Shown here: in pieces, positions 34,400 through 45,227 of the stretch | Position numbering within the stretch: the stretch's first letter is position 1 | Layout of the letters: the number at the start of each line of letters is the position of its first letter | Source of the DNA: Phycisphaerae bacterium | Lineage (GTDB): Bacteria; Planctomycetota; Phycisphaerae; UBA1845 | Assembly (NCBI GenBank): GCA_963666835.2 | Contig: CAXXGO010000003.1 | Coordinates: forward strand, 448,001 to 512,000 | DNA: 64,000 bases | Reading direction: 5' to 3' | Made by a program: the position numbers and the translations under genes | Notes under the pieces: generated by a model | Database searches by the model: none | Seen by the model: only the letters and a program-made list of their open reading frames with translations | Told to the model about the DNA's origin: nothing

Positions 34400-36505
34400 G
34401 TGCCGACCATGAGAGTGCTCATCATTCTGTCCGGCTCCTGGCTCTTTGCGGTTTCTGCCCAAGGGCAGACCGTTTGGCATGTAGACGATGACGCCGCTCC
34501 CGGCAGAGCTGGCGGGACCATCGGCGAGTATGAACAAGTCCTGAGCGTTCCGGGCCCGCAATATCCGACGATTCAATCCGCTATCGACGCGGCGGCGGAC
34601 GGGGATACGGTCTTGGTCGCCAGCGGCACCTATTTAGGGGCGGGTAACAAGAACCTGGATTTCGGGGGACGCTTAATCACGGTACGTTGTGACGGGCTTG
34701 CGGGAAGCTGCATTATTGACTGCGAGAACTTGGGGCGTGGCTTCGAATTCCGCAACGACGAGCCGGATGACTCCGTTGTGGATGGTTTCACGATCACGCG
34801 CGGCGACGCTTATGATGGCGGTGGGATGTACATATTGGATAGCAGTCCTACCGTAGTCAACTGTACGTTCACCGGGAATGCGGCGCACAACGGTGGGGGT
34901 GTATTAAGCGAGAGTCACTCGTCGAACTCCGGACCACATATAAGAGACTGCGTTTTCAACGCGAACCACGCAGATCTGCACGGCGGAGGCGGCTTCTATC
35001 AGCAAGGTGAGGGGTCTTCCACGCTGACCGACTGTCTATTCGAAAACAACACCGCAGACGGGTACGGCGGGGGTGCCTACGTGGGCGCCGGCGCCGTTGT
35101 GGATGAATGCGAGTTCAAGAATAACCGCGCGGACGATGGCGGAGGGCTAGCCAGCAGTGGTGATAACCTCGTGACAGATTGCGTGTTTCGCGACAACGTC
35201 GCCGTTGACGACGGCGGGGCGATCCGCAACTTCGACTCCGGGACGATAGCGGATTGTACGTTCCTATCCAACAGTGCCGGCGACGAGGGCGGGGCGATCT
35301 CCAACTCCAGATCCCCGACGATAACGAACTGCACGTTTCGCTACAATTCCGCGAATGACGGCGGCGCTGTGTTCAATAATGTTGAGACCGCTCCACTGAT
35401 TGCCGGTTGCACGTTCACGTCGAACTACGGACGCGATGGCGGCGCGATGCATAACCGGACCAGCAGAGTCAAAGTCATCAACAGCATATTCACCGCGAAC
35501 ACCGGGACGGGTAGCGTGATGTACAACCGGCAGGGCGCGACGCCGCTGTGCGTGAATTGCACGTTCTCGGGGAACATGAATCAAGCGGTACACAGCCGCC
35601 AAGAGAGCATCGCCACATTCGTCAACAGCGTGTTCTGGGGCAACGCGGGAGACCTCTTCAGCGGAACGGATGAACCGGCGGTCTCGTACAGTAACGTCGA
35701 AGGCGGCCACGCCGGAATAGGCAACATCTCCGTGGATCCGATGTTCGAGGATTCGAGTCTACGGCTTTCGCACTTTTCGCCGTGCATAGATGCCGGGAGC
35801 AACGCGGCCGTCTTGCTCGACACGATCGACGTGGACGGCGATGGAGATACCGGCGAATCGTGGCCTTGGGATATGGATCGAGATGTGCGGTTCGTGGACC
35901 ATCTTGGTATCGCCGATACGGGTGCAGGTACGGCTCCGATCGTCGATATGGGTGCATACGAAGTGCAATACTGCATCGAGGACGGCCAGTGCGAGGACGG
36001 GGATACATGCACTGGTACTGAGACGTGCGGCGATGACGGCGTATGCATCCACTGGCTGTCGGCGGATTGCAATAACAACGGTCTGGAGGACGATTGCGAT
36101 CTGGCGGAGAACACCAGCCGGGACTGCAACGAGAATCTCGTTCCCGATGAATGCGACATTGCCGACGGCGGGAGCGGCGACTGCAACGAAAACGGGGTAC
36201 CGGATGAATGTGACGCCGATTGCGACGAAGACGGGCTACCGGACGAGTGCGAAATCGTCGGCGGAGGCAGCGAGGACTGCAACGGCAATTGGGTGCCGGA
36301 TGAGTGCGAGGCGGACTCGGATGGCGACAACGTGATCGACGCCTGCGACGAATGCCCGGGGGTTGACGATGCGGACTTCGGGGCGGAGTGCGTAGGCGCT
36401 ATTCCGACGGTGTCAGAGTGGGGCATCGCCGTGTTGGCCTTGCTGTTGCTGGCCGCCGGTAAGATCGCGTTTAATCGGCGGATCGGACGAGGCACGCCGG
36501 TCTAA
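34400..36505 (+). CDS. IPTL-CTERM surface protein with a right-handed parallel beta-helix and DCNxNGxPDEC repeats
   Basis: Signal peptide; YPTIQSAIDAA..GDTVLV..GTY; repeated CxFxxNxAxxxGGA; SPCIDAG, VDMGAYE; AIPTVSEWG + TM + RR. Confidence 0.9.
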   Translation: MPTMRVLIILSGSWLFAVSAQGQTVWHVDDDAAPGRAGGTIGEYEQVLSVPGPQYPTIQSAIDAAADGDTVLVASGTYLGAGNKNLDFGGRLITVRCDGLAGSCIIDCENLGRGFEFRNDEPDDSVVDGFTITRGDAYDGGGMYILDSSPTVVNCTFTGNAAHNGGGVLSESHSSNSGPHIRDCVFNANHADLHGGGGFYQQGEGSSTLTDCLFENNTADGYGGGAYVGAGAVVDECEFKNNRADDGGGLASSGDNLVTDCVFRDNVAVDDGGAIRNFDSGTIADCTFLSNSAGDEGGAISNSRSPTITNCTFRYNSANDGGAVFNNVETAPLIAGCTFTSNYGRDGGAMHNRTSRVKVINSIFTANTGTGSVMYNRQGATPLCVNCTFSGNMNQAVHSRQESIATFVNSVFWGNAGDLFSGTDEPAVSYSNVEGGHAGIGNISVDPMFEDSSLRLSHFSPCIDAGSNAAVLLDTIDVDGDGDTGESWPWDMDRDVRFVDHLGIADTGAGTAPIVDMGAYEVQYCIEDGQCEDGDTCTGTETCGDDGVCIHWLSADCNNNGLEDDCDLAENTSRDCNENLVPDECDIADGGSGDCNENGVPDECDADCDEDGLPDECEIVGGGSEDCNGNWVPDECEADSDGDNVIDACDECPGVDDADFGAECVGAIPTVSEWGIAVLALLLLAAGKIAFNRRIGRGTPV

Positions 36506-37386
36506 AACCTGGCAGTGATCGGCAACATAAAGTCGGGCCCGTGATCGGGAAACTCGCCGCGGGCCATGAGCAGACTATCGCCATCGACTATGTGAGGCTC
36601 AGCGGTCAGCGAGGCCTCGAGCCGGTCGGGCGTGAAGTAGACCTCGACGTGCGTGGGCGAGGGGTCGATGCGGTCGATCAGCGCCTGTAGTGTCGGCATT
36701 CTCGTGGCAACCACGTCTTGAATACGGAGGGTCGAACCGACGATCTTGAAGCACAAGATCGCATCGAGATCCTCGGCGTACCACATCGGCTCCTTTGCCT
36801 GAGTGAACAGGAACACGCCGTGCTCCCGGACGACGCCAAGTTGGCGGGACACCGCGGCGCGCTGGTCCAGCAACCGGTGGAGGAGGCGCAGGTCGCTCGG
36901 TTTTCCGAGATCAAGCTGTCGTAGCCTGGGCCCGTCCGGCGTGTTCTCCGATCGCGTCACGGGAGCTACGAACCGGCTCTCCCTCACCAGCCGGAACCCG
37001 AAAGGCTCGTACAGCTCGGATCTCTCCGCAATCAGCAGAGCCGTCGCGTATCGTTCATCGCACCACGCCAACGCCTCCCCCATCGCTGCCCGGAAGAGCC
37101 CGCGACGGCGGTAGTCCGGGTGAGTGCAGACGGCATGCAAACCGCCCACCAGCCTCTCACGTCCGTCCAAGATCATCGGTACTTCGAGTACGCCGACATG
37201 CGCCAGAGGCCGGGCACCGTCGGTCACCAGGAATGGCGTCGAGACCTTATCCCACCGCAAGCCGAGCGGCTCGAGCGCGCGGGCGTGCGCTGACAGGTCC
37301 CTGAAAGCGTGATCGAGCAGCGAAAAGACCCGCTCCAGCAATCCGGGTTCATCCGCGTAGTTGTGGCGACCGAACCTGTGAGCCAT
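36502..37386 (-). CDS. GNAT family N-acetyltransferase
   Basis: VCTHPDYRRRGL acetyl-CoA motif, LYEPFGF; the start may instead be 37407. Confidence 0.9.
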   Translation of the reverse strand: MAHRFGRHNYADEPGLLERVFSLLDHAFRDLSAHARALEPLGLRWDKVSTPFLVTDGARPLAHVGVLEVPMILDGRERLVGGLHAVCTHPDYRRRGLFRAAMGEALAWCDERYATALLIAERSELYEPFGFRLVRESRFVAPVTRSENTPDGPRLRQLDLGKPSDLRLLHRLLDQRAAVSRQLGVVREHGVFLFTQAKEPMWYAEDLDAILCFKIVGSTLRIQDVVATRMPTLQALIDRIDPSPTHVEVYFTPDRLEASLTAEPHIVDGDSLLMARGEFPDHGPDFMLPITARF

Positions 37387-37471
37387 CTCCGACCACCCGA
37401 CGCGCATCTTCTACGAAGGGAATCGCGCGGACCTAGCACCGCCCTCCACCTTCTACGATCGAGGCGATGTC

Positions 37472-39757
37472 CTACTCGTTGCTGTAGCTGCGAATGATCT
37501 CGCTGGCTTGGTTGCTGCGCAGATTCACGGCTCCGAGCGCCTGGCTGGCTCCGGTACGAACCGTCAAGTCCGCCTCATCCCGAGCAGCTTGCACGAGCCC
37601 CGTAACCTGCTCACTCTCCAGCAGACTGCCGTGACGCTTGGCCGACTCCGCCAGAGAGTCAAAGGCCGAGATCCGCAGCTCGGCATCGTTGGACGACTCC
37701 AACGCCATGCGAGCGATCGCCTGCTGGGCACTCGGGGTCGGTACGCTGGCCAGCACGACCGCAGCGGACGTGCGCATCTTGTCATCAGGCGACTGCAGCG
37801 CGGCCACCAAGGCCGGCTCCGCAATGCGCACATCGAACACCGTCCGTCCGTCGGTCGCGATCCGCCCCAGCGTCTCGACCGCTTCCAGCGCCAGCGACAA
37901 CGCGAAGTCGTCATCGAAAGCCGTCTGCTGAGCCCGCTCGAAGACCCTGGTCAAAGCGGCCGTGATGGCCGCCCCATCCGCATCGGCGTCAACCGATCCG
38001 ACACAATCGTCTCGGCTCACCAGATCCTCAGCGAGAAGCGCCTCCGACGAATCAGTCAGCAAGATCACCGGAGTCCGTGCGTACGTGAACTCCGAACGAA
38101 GTTGCGCAAGAGCCGCCGCCGCCCCAGGGCTCGCAACCCCAGTCGAAAGCACCACCGCCCGCAAGGAAGGGAACTCCTGTCGGGCTCGGGCGAGCCCCCG
38201 GGCAAAATCCCGCTCACCGATCACGGCTCTGCCACCGGCCCGAAGAGCGTCCATAACCCGATTGAGGTTGGCCTGGTCCTCATCAACCACCAAAACCTGC
38301 TCATCACCCGTGAGGGCAACCGCCTCGGCCAACACCGGGACGACATACTGCGCGCCGGCAAACGGAGATTGGGGCAACGCCGCTCCTAAAGCCAGCGCCG
38401 CGCGAATCCGCACGATCAAGTCCGGGAAACGCATCGCCTGCACCAACGGCTGCTTGAGATCCTCAGCACCGATGAGTGACTGCGGCCCTGCCGTAACCCG
38501 CAACGCTTCGATCGCTCCCAGAGCCGTGGCGGCGTCGAGGTCTTTCGCCGCCCGACCAAGGACCATGTGTGCATAATGAGCCCCGGCCGCTTGCGTGAAA
38601 TACAACGCCCGAGGGAACGCATCCGGGCGAGTCGCGTCCGGATCACCTGCCTCGTCGGGGTCGCCGCTTTCGGTGTTCATCCCGAGCCGGCTCTCCCGGC
38701 GGATGTTAGCCGCCAGCCACAGAGCAATCGCATCAGCGTGATCGGCCTGCAGGTTCAGTACTCTCTCGCAACAACGCATCGCCATCACCGAACCGAAGAT
38801 CTGCTGGGGTACGACCACCGCCGATAGGGCCTGATTCACCTCGTCCCAATACCAGACATTCGCATTAGGCAATCTCGGATCGGCTCGAACGACATCGTTC
38901 TCGTCGAAGTAGCTCTCCCCAAGAGCAAACATCGCGCCGGCGGCGTCGGTTGGTACCGAACGTCCCGTTAGGGCTGCGATGCGGTCTACAGCCTCCTGAG
39001 CAGCGCGCTTTGTCTCCGCGGGCATCCGATCGTCACCGGCCAGCGCGAGCAGGTGCGGCACGGCATGCGGATATCCGATCTCCCCGAGAGCTTTAACCAA
39101 GTGCAGCCGCACATCATCGTCCCTAATCGCCAAAGCGGTCGCCAGCGGGGTCACTGCCGGTTTGCCCATCTTTCCGAGAGCGGTGATTACACGAGGCCAT
39201 AACTCAGCCTTGTTCGTGTCCAAGAGCGTATCGATCATCGGTGCGATCGCATACTCTCCGGCATCCGCGAGATGTCGCGTGCCGAAGTACTCCTGTTGCG
39301 GACCCTTCCCTAAGTTCTCAATGTTCGCCCGAATCCGCCCGGGATCTTGTCGCTTCTCGTGTTCCCCCCGCTCGATCAGGTCCAACACTCGGGAAGCGCC
39401 TTCGCCAATCGAGGACTTTTCTACCAGGATCAGCAGGGTATCGATGCTCTTGCTGTCCCGTTCCGCCAACTCAACGATCTCGACCGGATCCAGTTGGGGG
39501 TGGGCAAGCAGAGCGTCTGCGAACGCCTCGGCCGCCTTGAATCGCCCCATCCGGGCATAGTGAAGAAAATCACCGAACAGCGTTTCCACGGTTGCGTCAG
39601 CCGGGATATCAACCGCAGCTCCGCCCCGGCCGTCCACCTGAGCCGCACTCGGCTGAACGAACGACATCGCGCCAATGATAGCTACCAACACGAAGCGGCC
39701 GAGATTTCGTCGGCTACCCAGGCAACGTACAGTCACAGTCATCGATTCCTCCCGCAT
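37472..39757 (-). CDS. Exported HEAT-repeat protein with a receiver-like insert
   Basis: Signal peptide; HEAT/PBS-lyase units (VRLHLVKALGEIG, VRIRAALALG); QVLVVDED...PVILLT segment. Confidence 0.8.
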   Translation of the reverse strand: MREESMTVTVRCLGSRRNLGRFVLVAIIGAMSFVQPSAAQVDGRGGAAVDIPADATVETLFGDFLHYARMGRFKAAEAFADALLAHPQLDPVEIVELAERDSKSIDTLLILVEKSSIGEGASRVLDLIERGEHEKRQDPGRIRANIENLGKGPQQEYFGTRHLADAGEYAIAPMIDTLLDTNKAELWPRVITALGKMGKPAVTPLATALAIRDDDVRLHLVKALGEIGYPHAVPHLLALAGDDRMPAETKRAAQEAVDRIAALTGRSVPTDAAGAMFALGESYFDENDVVRADPRLPNANVWYWDEVNQALSAVVVPQQIFGSVMAMRCCERVLNLQADHADAIALWLAANIRRESRLGMNTESGDPDEAGDPDATRPDAFPRALYFTQAAGAHYAHMVLGRAAKDLDAATALGAIEALRVTAGPQSLIGAEDLKQPLVQAMRFPDLIVRIRAALALGAALPQSPFAGAQYVVPVLAEAVALTGDEQVLVVDEDQANLNRVMDALRAGGRAVIGERDFARGLARARQEFPSLRAVVLSTGVASPGAAAALAQLRSEFTYARTPVILLTDSSEALLAEDLVSRDDCVGSVDADADGAAITAALTRVFERAQQTAFDDDFALSLALEAVETLGRIATDGRTVFDVRIAEPALVAALQSPDDKMRTSAAVVLASVPTPSAQQAIARMALESSNDAELRISAFDSLAESAKRHGSLLESEQVTGLVQAARDEADLTVRTGASQALGAVNLRSNQASEIIRSYSNE

Positions 39758-40475
39758 GACGAGGATGTCGGAAAAACCTCCCGAACGGGATCAGCCTCAA
39801 CGCCGAGAGCCGCCCCATCACGTCGTCCCCCAATCAACCACAAGGCGAGCCGCGGCACCTGCAGGGCCGGGGAACCCGCCTGGCGCGCTACCGGGTGTCC
39901 GCCCAAGACCGGCGACAATACCCCCTGATAGCGGAGGTCAGTATAGGGAACAGGTGCCGTGCGTCAACGCAGATCCACGTGTTCCACCCTCGGCCGAACG
40001 CCTTCCGGACGGTAGCCGGGACAGAGCAGCACCCGACCGTTTGGCCACCCGCGACCGCAAGGTAAGAGCCCACAGATTCCGAACAGCCGTCAAATGTTCT
40101 GTAGGATCGCCACACTCCCCGCAGCAGTTACGCCGAGGAGACCGGTCTGAACGAGAATGAGGAAGTCGTTAAACGTGCATCCCCCAGCCTGCAACAGAAT
40201 CGCTCCAGCCGCCAGAACCTGCAATGTCCGCCTGCCGCAGAGTCTCCTCATCAATATTCTCCAGTATCACAGGGGTTTACATGCGCCGCAGCCCGGCCAC
40301 TTCGCCGCCGCTGCCAATGTTTATCGGTCCGGCAGTGTAACGGTGCGGTTCTGAGCGTCAATCGCGCGACCGTTGGCCCAACGCCTCGCCTGCGTTGGAG
40401 CCGATACGCACATGACGGTATCCTTGCACGCGACCGTGTCCTTTGGATGGGATTATATTGGGACCCAATCAGAGT

Positions 40476-41147
40476 ATGCCGTACGGGTTTGGAACGGTCT
40501 CGCAGACCCTGTGGGCCCGCGGGGGCAAGCGCGCTTTCGACTGCATCGTTGCTGGCCTGATCCTGCTCCTGGTCTCTCCGGTGCTGGGAATGGCGATCAT
40601 CCTGGTTCGGGTGACCAGCCCGGGACCGGCGTTCTTTGTCCAGGACCGCTCCGGACGTCACGGTAACATCTTCCGGCTCTACAAGCTCCGAACGATGCGC
40701 GGGAATCGCAAGCCGGATCCGAAGGAGCTGGTCCCCCTCGACCATCCCGAGATAACCCCACTGGGGCGGGTGCTCCGGCGATCGAAGATCGACGAGCTGC
40801 CCCAGTTAATCAACGTGCTCAAAGGCGAGATGTCCCTCATCGGCCCGCGGCCGACTCTTCCAGACCAAGTCGAGGCGTATGACGACTTCCGCCGTCAACG
40901 CACCGTGGTCAGGCCGGGGATTACAGGATTGGCCCAGGTCCGCGGGGGAACCGCCCTTTCCTGGGATGAACGGATCCTCTACGACATCGCTTATGTCCGA
41001 CGGTGCAGCCTGGGCTTGGACTTGCGAATACTCAGTTGGACGCTTCTGGTAGTTGTGGTCGGCGAGGCCTTGACCACGCGACGTTTCGCCGACAGCCCCT
41101 TCGCCAAGTACGTCGACGTCCCGGAGGGCTACTCAACGGCCGATTAG
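40476..41147 (+). CDS. Sugar transferase (polyprenyl-phosphate glycosyl-1-phosphate transferase, Bac_transf)
   Basis: KRAFD, KLRTM, IDELPQLINVLKGEMSLIGPRP, RPGITGLAQV; start uncertain (40443 or 40476). Confidence 0.93.
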   Translation: MPYGFGTVSQTLWARGGKRAFDCIVAGLILLLVSPVLGMAIILVRVTSPGPAFFVQDRSGRHGNIFRLYKLRTMRGNRKPDPKELVPLDHPEITPLGRVLRRSKIDELPQLINVLKGEMSLIGPRPTLPDQVEAYDDFRRQRTVVRPGITGLAQVRGGTALSWDERILYDIAYVRRCSLGLDLRILSWTLLVVVVGEALTTRRFADSPFAKYVDVPEGYSTAD

Positions 41148-41481
41148 TAGACCATCACCACAACATAGCAGCTAGCCGGCGTCTTCCGTCGGATAGTTGT
41201 TCCGCTTGGAAGGTCGGTTGCTGTCAGGGAATGGTATGAGCCGGCGTGCGGCCACAACGTCAGTTACCACCACACACTGGCGCAGGCCTGCACGATCACG
41301 GTACCCTTAGCCCGCCCTGCAGTATTACTGCAAGCCCAAGGGGCCAAAAAAACACTGAGCCAGTAGCCGAGAAACCGTATACTTGCGTTTGACAGATCAG
41401 CACTTGGCGCTGCTTCGCGGTGTCCAGATATTAACCCCTGGCGGTTGTGCGCCACCGCCAGTTTCTTTATGTTCGCCGCCA

Positions 41482-41540
41482 ATGGACCGTGTGTGCATCT
41501 TCATTGGCGGCAGTAACTTCTACCATACCCTGAAGGGAGC
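41482..41540 (+). pseudogene. Remnant of a NYN/LabA-DUF88 gene (N-terminus only)
   Basis: MDRVCIFIGGSNFYHTLK resembles the NYN start R..IFIDGSNFYH with D replaced by G; similarity is not continued downstream. Confidence 0.45.
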
Positions 41541-42143
41541 CGAGCTCAGAGGACCGGACGGTGCTCGCAACTGGAGTGGTCGGCGCGGGAGCCTTCATCC
41601 TCAAGGTTGTGTACGAATGTGCAACTGCAGGGATCGTCTTTGTTCAATCTGAGTCTGTGTCTTCACCAGTTCCCCTGGCACAGAATGCTGGAAGCGTGAT
41701 CGGTACGGCTATCGCGATAATGGAGCAGACAACTGAAGTGAAGATCATCAGGCACTGAGTAAGCAGGCGTCGATGTCGGAGTCGTTGCGAATGGTCCTGA
41801 CGCCAGGAGGTTGACACCCCGGCCGGGCCGGCGAGTCGAACACGCCCATCTCCCCAGAGGGCGTGAATCGACCGCTAGACCCGGGCGGGGTGCCGTTCGA
41901 GGGAACATTGCATTCCTGGTCTCACCCCGGAATACGCTCCCCCCATTCCTCCCCTCCCGGTCTCAGTCTCCGGTTCGCTCTTGTTTGTCGCACATATCGT
42001 GCCAACGTACCCAACTAGCGGAACATCTCCCGAAAAATCGGCGCAAAGGGTTATCCCACAAGCTCTTACGTTCATAGCAACGTGATAGTCACCGTACGCC
42101 GGAAGCACCCGAGATGGGGACATCAGCCCGATATTCGGCCACG

Positions 42144-42161
42144 TTGGGCATGCGTGCCCAA
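42144..42161. terminator. Hairpin downstream of the kinase gene
   Basis: TTGGGCA-tgcg-TGCCCAA. Confidence 0.35.
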
Positions 42162-42218
42162 TGCCAGGGCAGAGGGTTGCTCGCCCAGCGGATCCACGCT
42201 GGGGAAACCGGATAGGGG

Positions 42219-44591
42219 TCAGGGTCGTCCCGGTGCTGACATGGCGCCACCGCTACGGCTCTCGCCGGGGCGCGGCTGCATCAGTTTCGAACGCCAATCA
42301 CGCCAGTGCTGCCCCCACACGGGGATGAGCTGGTCTTTGTACAGTTGGCTTCGCGTGCTGAAGAACTCGGCGGGGTCCTCTCCCCCCTCCTCGACGCTGG
42401 GCACATCTTCCGCCTGCTCGGCATCGGATTCCTGGGCTTGGAGCTGCTGAAGCCGAGCGTATGCCCAATTGAAGTTCATGTCCGTCGTCTCGCCGGCAAT
42501 CTCCATGGCCTTCTTGAAATCGGCAGCGGCTAGACCATAACGGCCGGCCATCCCGTACTGCAGGCCGCGCGCCGCAAGGGCATCTGCGTTATCTTGCTCA
42601 AGTTCAACAACCTGTGACAGGTCAACCAAGGCGCTATCGACGTCTTTCAGAGCCGCGAAGGCGGTAGCCCGGCCCAGCAACGCCACGATGAAATCCGGCG
42701 AACCGGCGAGAACCTCGTCCAAATACGCAATCGCCTCGGCCGGCTGCCCGGCTTGGATAAGAACCAAACCACCCGCCGTCTTATCCCAGGGTGATCCTCC
42801 GCCCATCGTGATGGCGGTCTGGGCGTCAGATACACCTTCGTCGGGTTCGCCGTTGAGAATGTGCGCCAATGCGCACCAGATGCGGGCGTGCGGATTCGCG
42901 CCGCTCAACTGCATAATCTTCCGGGCATCGGCTGCCGTTTCCGCATAACGCCCGAGAAGGGCAGCTACCAGCGCGCGCAACCGAAGAGCCGGCCAGCTCT
43001 CGGGCCGCTTCTCAAGGTACATGTTGACCAGGGTCAGCGCACCGGCAAGCTCGTTGTCCTCATACATCTTGCTTGCCTGGGTCAGCACAGCGCGGTACTC
43101 GTCGCCCACCGCTTCCGCGTCATCTTGTTCCTCCGCCGCAAGAGCATCGTGGAACTCTCGCATCGTGCGTTGGGCAATGCCGAAGGCGCTGCTGGCCGCA
43201 GCGGGGTTGGCCCCATCGGAACGTTCGCTGCCGGGCGCCGGCCGCGCCGCCCGGGTCTCCTGAACCAAGCCCTGAACCATTGGAACGGCGGCTCCCGCCA
43301 CAGAAAGCGGGGTCCTAATCTCGGCCGGAAGAGTCTGGAGCAATTGGAAAAGGCGATCCCGATCCTCAACCGCTTCAGCCACGTCGGCCGAGGCCTTCTC
43401 AACCTCCGCACTCCGCGTTGCCAGTTCGGTGTTCTGGGTGTAAAGCGCCCAGCTCATAACGGCTGCCACGAGCACGGCCGCGATCGCCACAGCGCTCAGG
43501 GCATGACGCGCGACGTACTTTCCGAACCGCGTCATCGAGCCCGCACGTCTCGCTTTGACCGGTCGGTTCGAGAGGAAGCGGCGCAGGTCGTCCGCGAACT
43601 CGCCGGCACTTTGGTAGCGTTGATCGCGGTCCCGCTCGGTTGCCTTCAGGCAAATCGTCTCCAACTCCAGAGGGATGTTTGGATTTCGGGTCCGCGGGGG
43701 CAACGGCTCCGAGTTGGCAATCAAACCGATGACCCGCTCGCGCGTCTCCCCAGGGTATGGCGGGCTCAAGGTCAGCCATTCGTACATGGTGGCGCCGAGC
43801 GAGTAGATGTCGGTTCGATGGTCCTGCTGTCCGGGATCCCCGAGGATCTGCTCCGGCGACATGTACAAAGGAGACCCGAGAACCTCCCCCGTCACCGTCA
43901 CACCCGGCTGCTCCGCCAGGCGCGCCAGGCCGAAGTCGGTGATCTTCATCTTCCCGTCTTCGCCAAGCATGAGATTATGCGGCTTAACGTCCCGATGAAC
44001 CACGCCCTGAGCGTGCGCGTACGCCAGGGCATCGGCAATCGTCGCTATGTACCGCGCGATCGTCGTAACTTCTTCCGACGTGGTCGGGAGTTTGCCGGCG
44101 CAACCCAGCTCAACCGTGGATCCGCTCGTCCCCGTATCTCGTACCGCGGTAGCCGTTCGGCGAACCGTGGACATCAGGCCCGAAGTCTTCGCGCCGGACC
44201 GCGTCAGTGCAACGGTCTCGTCCGTGTCAATCGGTCCCTGTTCTGCGCCCGATCCGTCCCGAGCCTCGTTGATTATCTCGTAAAGGCTCCGCCCCGCCAC
44301 GTATTCCATGGCGTAATAGAAGACCCCGTCTTGCTCACCCTGAGCGTAGACCGAAGTGATGTGTTCGTGTTGGAGCTTCGCCGCAGCGCGGGCCTCCCGG
44401 AGGAACCGCTGCACTGCAGCCGGAGAAGCACTAATCTGCGCGCTGAGCACTTTCAGGGCAACTCGGCGATCAAGCGAGCGCTGGCGAGCTTCATACACGG
44501 TCCCCATCCCGCCCCGCCCGATCTCCCGGTGGACCTCGAACTCGCCGAGCACCGAAAGATTGCGCAGGAACCGCCGACGCTGACGCGGCAA
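42219..44591 (-). CDS. Ser/Thr protein kinase with a TM helix and C-terminal TPR repeats
   Basis: GRGGMGTVY, VALK, HRDVKPHN, DFG, GSPLYMSPEQ; one TM; TPR units; start uncertain. Confidence 0.93.
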   Translation of the reverse strand: MPRQRRRFLRNLSVLGEFEVHREIGRGGMGTVYEARQRSLDRRVALKVLSAQISASPAAVQRFLREARAAAKLQHEHITSVYAQGEQDGVFYYAMEYVAGRSLYEIINEARDGSGAEQGPIDTDETVALTRSGAKTSGLMSTVRRTATAVRDTGTSGSTVELGCAGKLPTTSEEVTTIARYIATIADALAYAHAQGVVHRDVKPHNLMLGEDGKMKITDFGLARLAEQPGVTVTGEVLGSPLYMSPEQILGDPGQQDHRTDIYSLGATMYEWLTLSPPYPGETRERVIGLIANSEPLPPRTRNPNIPLELETICLKATERDRDQRYQSAGEFADDLRRFLSNRPVKARRAGSMTRFGKYVARHALSAVAIAAVLVAAVMSWALYTQNTELATRSAEVEKASADVAEAVEDRDRLFQLLQTLPAEIRTPLSVAGAAVPMVQGLVQETRAARPAPGSERSDGANPAAASSAFGIAQRTMREFHDALAAEEQDDAEAVGDEYRAVLTQASKMYEDNELAGALTLVNMYLEKRPESWPALRLRALVAALLGRYAETAADARKIMQLSGANPHARIWCALAHILNGEPDEGVSDAQTAITMGGGSPWDKTAGGLVLIQAGQPAEAIAYLDEVLAGSPDFIVALLGRATAFAALKDVDSALVDLSQVVELEQDNADALAARGLQYGMAGRYGLAAADFKKAMEIAGETTDMNFNWAYARLQQLQAQESDAEQAEDVPSVEEGGEDPAEFFSTRSQLYKDQLIPVWGQHWRDWRSKLMQPRPGESRSGGAMSAPGRP

Positions 44592-44937
44592 GGCCCGTGT
44601 CCCGCATCGACCTTGGGGGAGTTTTCGCTACCTGAAGTCACCGCTAATCGCTTCTTTGAAACCTTCGCCCGGACACCGAGTTCGGGAACCACCCCGCGCG
44701 CACCATCACATCCTATTGTATAGACGCGCAAGCCTGCGGTTTCGAGTCACGAACCCGCAACATACGCTTCACACCGCCGTAGACATCCACCACCGCCTGA
44801 GCCGCGGATTTAATAAGCCTACAGTGTAGCCGCAGCCGCGATTGCGTCGAAGCGGCATCCCTGCGCGAAGCCTGCCCTCGCCGGCCTGCGGGCGTCCTTC
44901 ATCCCGCCCGAGGCTCCGCGCCCTGCCCCGGATCGAC

Positions 44938-45045
44938 CGTAACGCAGGCTTCCAGCCTGCTCTTTCCACTCAACCCGCAGCACGGGCTGCCCCCACGGCT
45001 AAAGCCATGTGCCACCCGACCGCAACGCAGGCCTCCAGCCTGCCG
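44938..45045. repeat. Cluster of REP-like hairpins
   Basis: Two near-identical AACGCAGGC(T/C)TCCAGCCTGC units flanking CCCACGGCTAAAGCCATG. Confidence 0.5.
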
Positions 45046-45227
45046 CCGTATAGCGTGACCCATTTCTGGATTCGGGGCAATTGGAAATTCCGTCCGGTAT
45101 TTGTAACCACCGCCACGACTGCAGAACGCTCGTCCCGAGCTGGTCCCACCCCGACCGCCGCCCGGAGGAGAGGGGAACCTCCGATAATTCCATCGGCAAA
45201 GTGCATCTTCCTTGACCGGTGATTCGC

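Noticed and set aside
39930..40000. TATAGGGAACAGGTG resembling the start of a cobalamin riboswitch
   Set aside because: The downstream conserved elements (GCCCCCGCxACTGT, B12 box) are not found and the flanking genes are unrelated to B12
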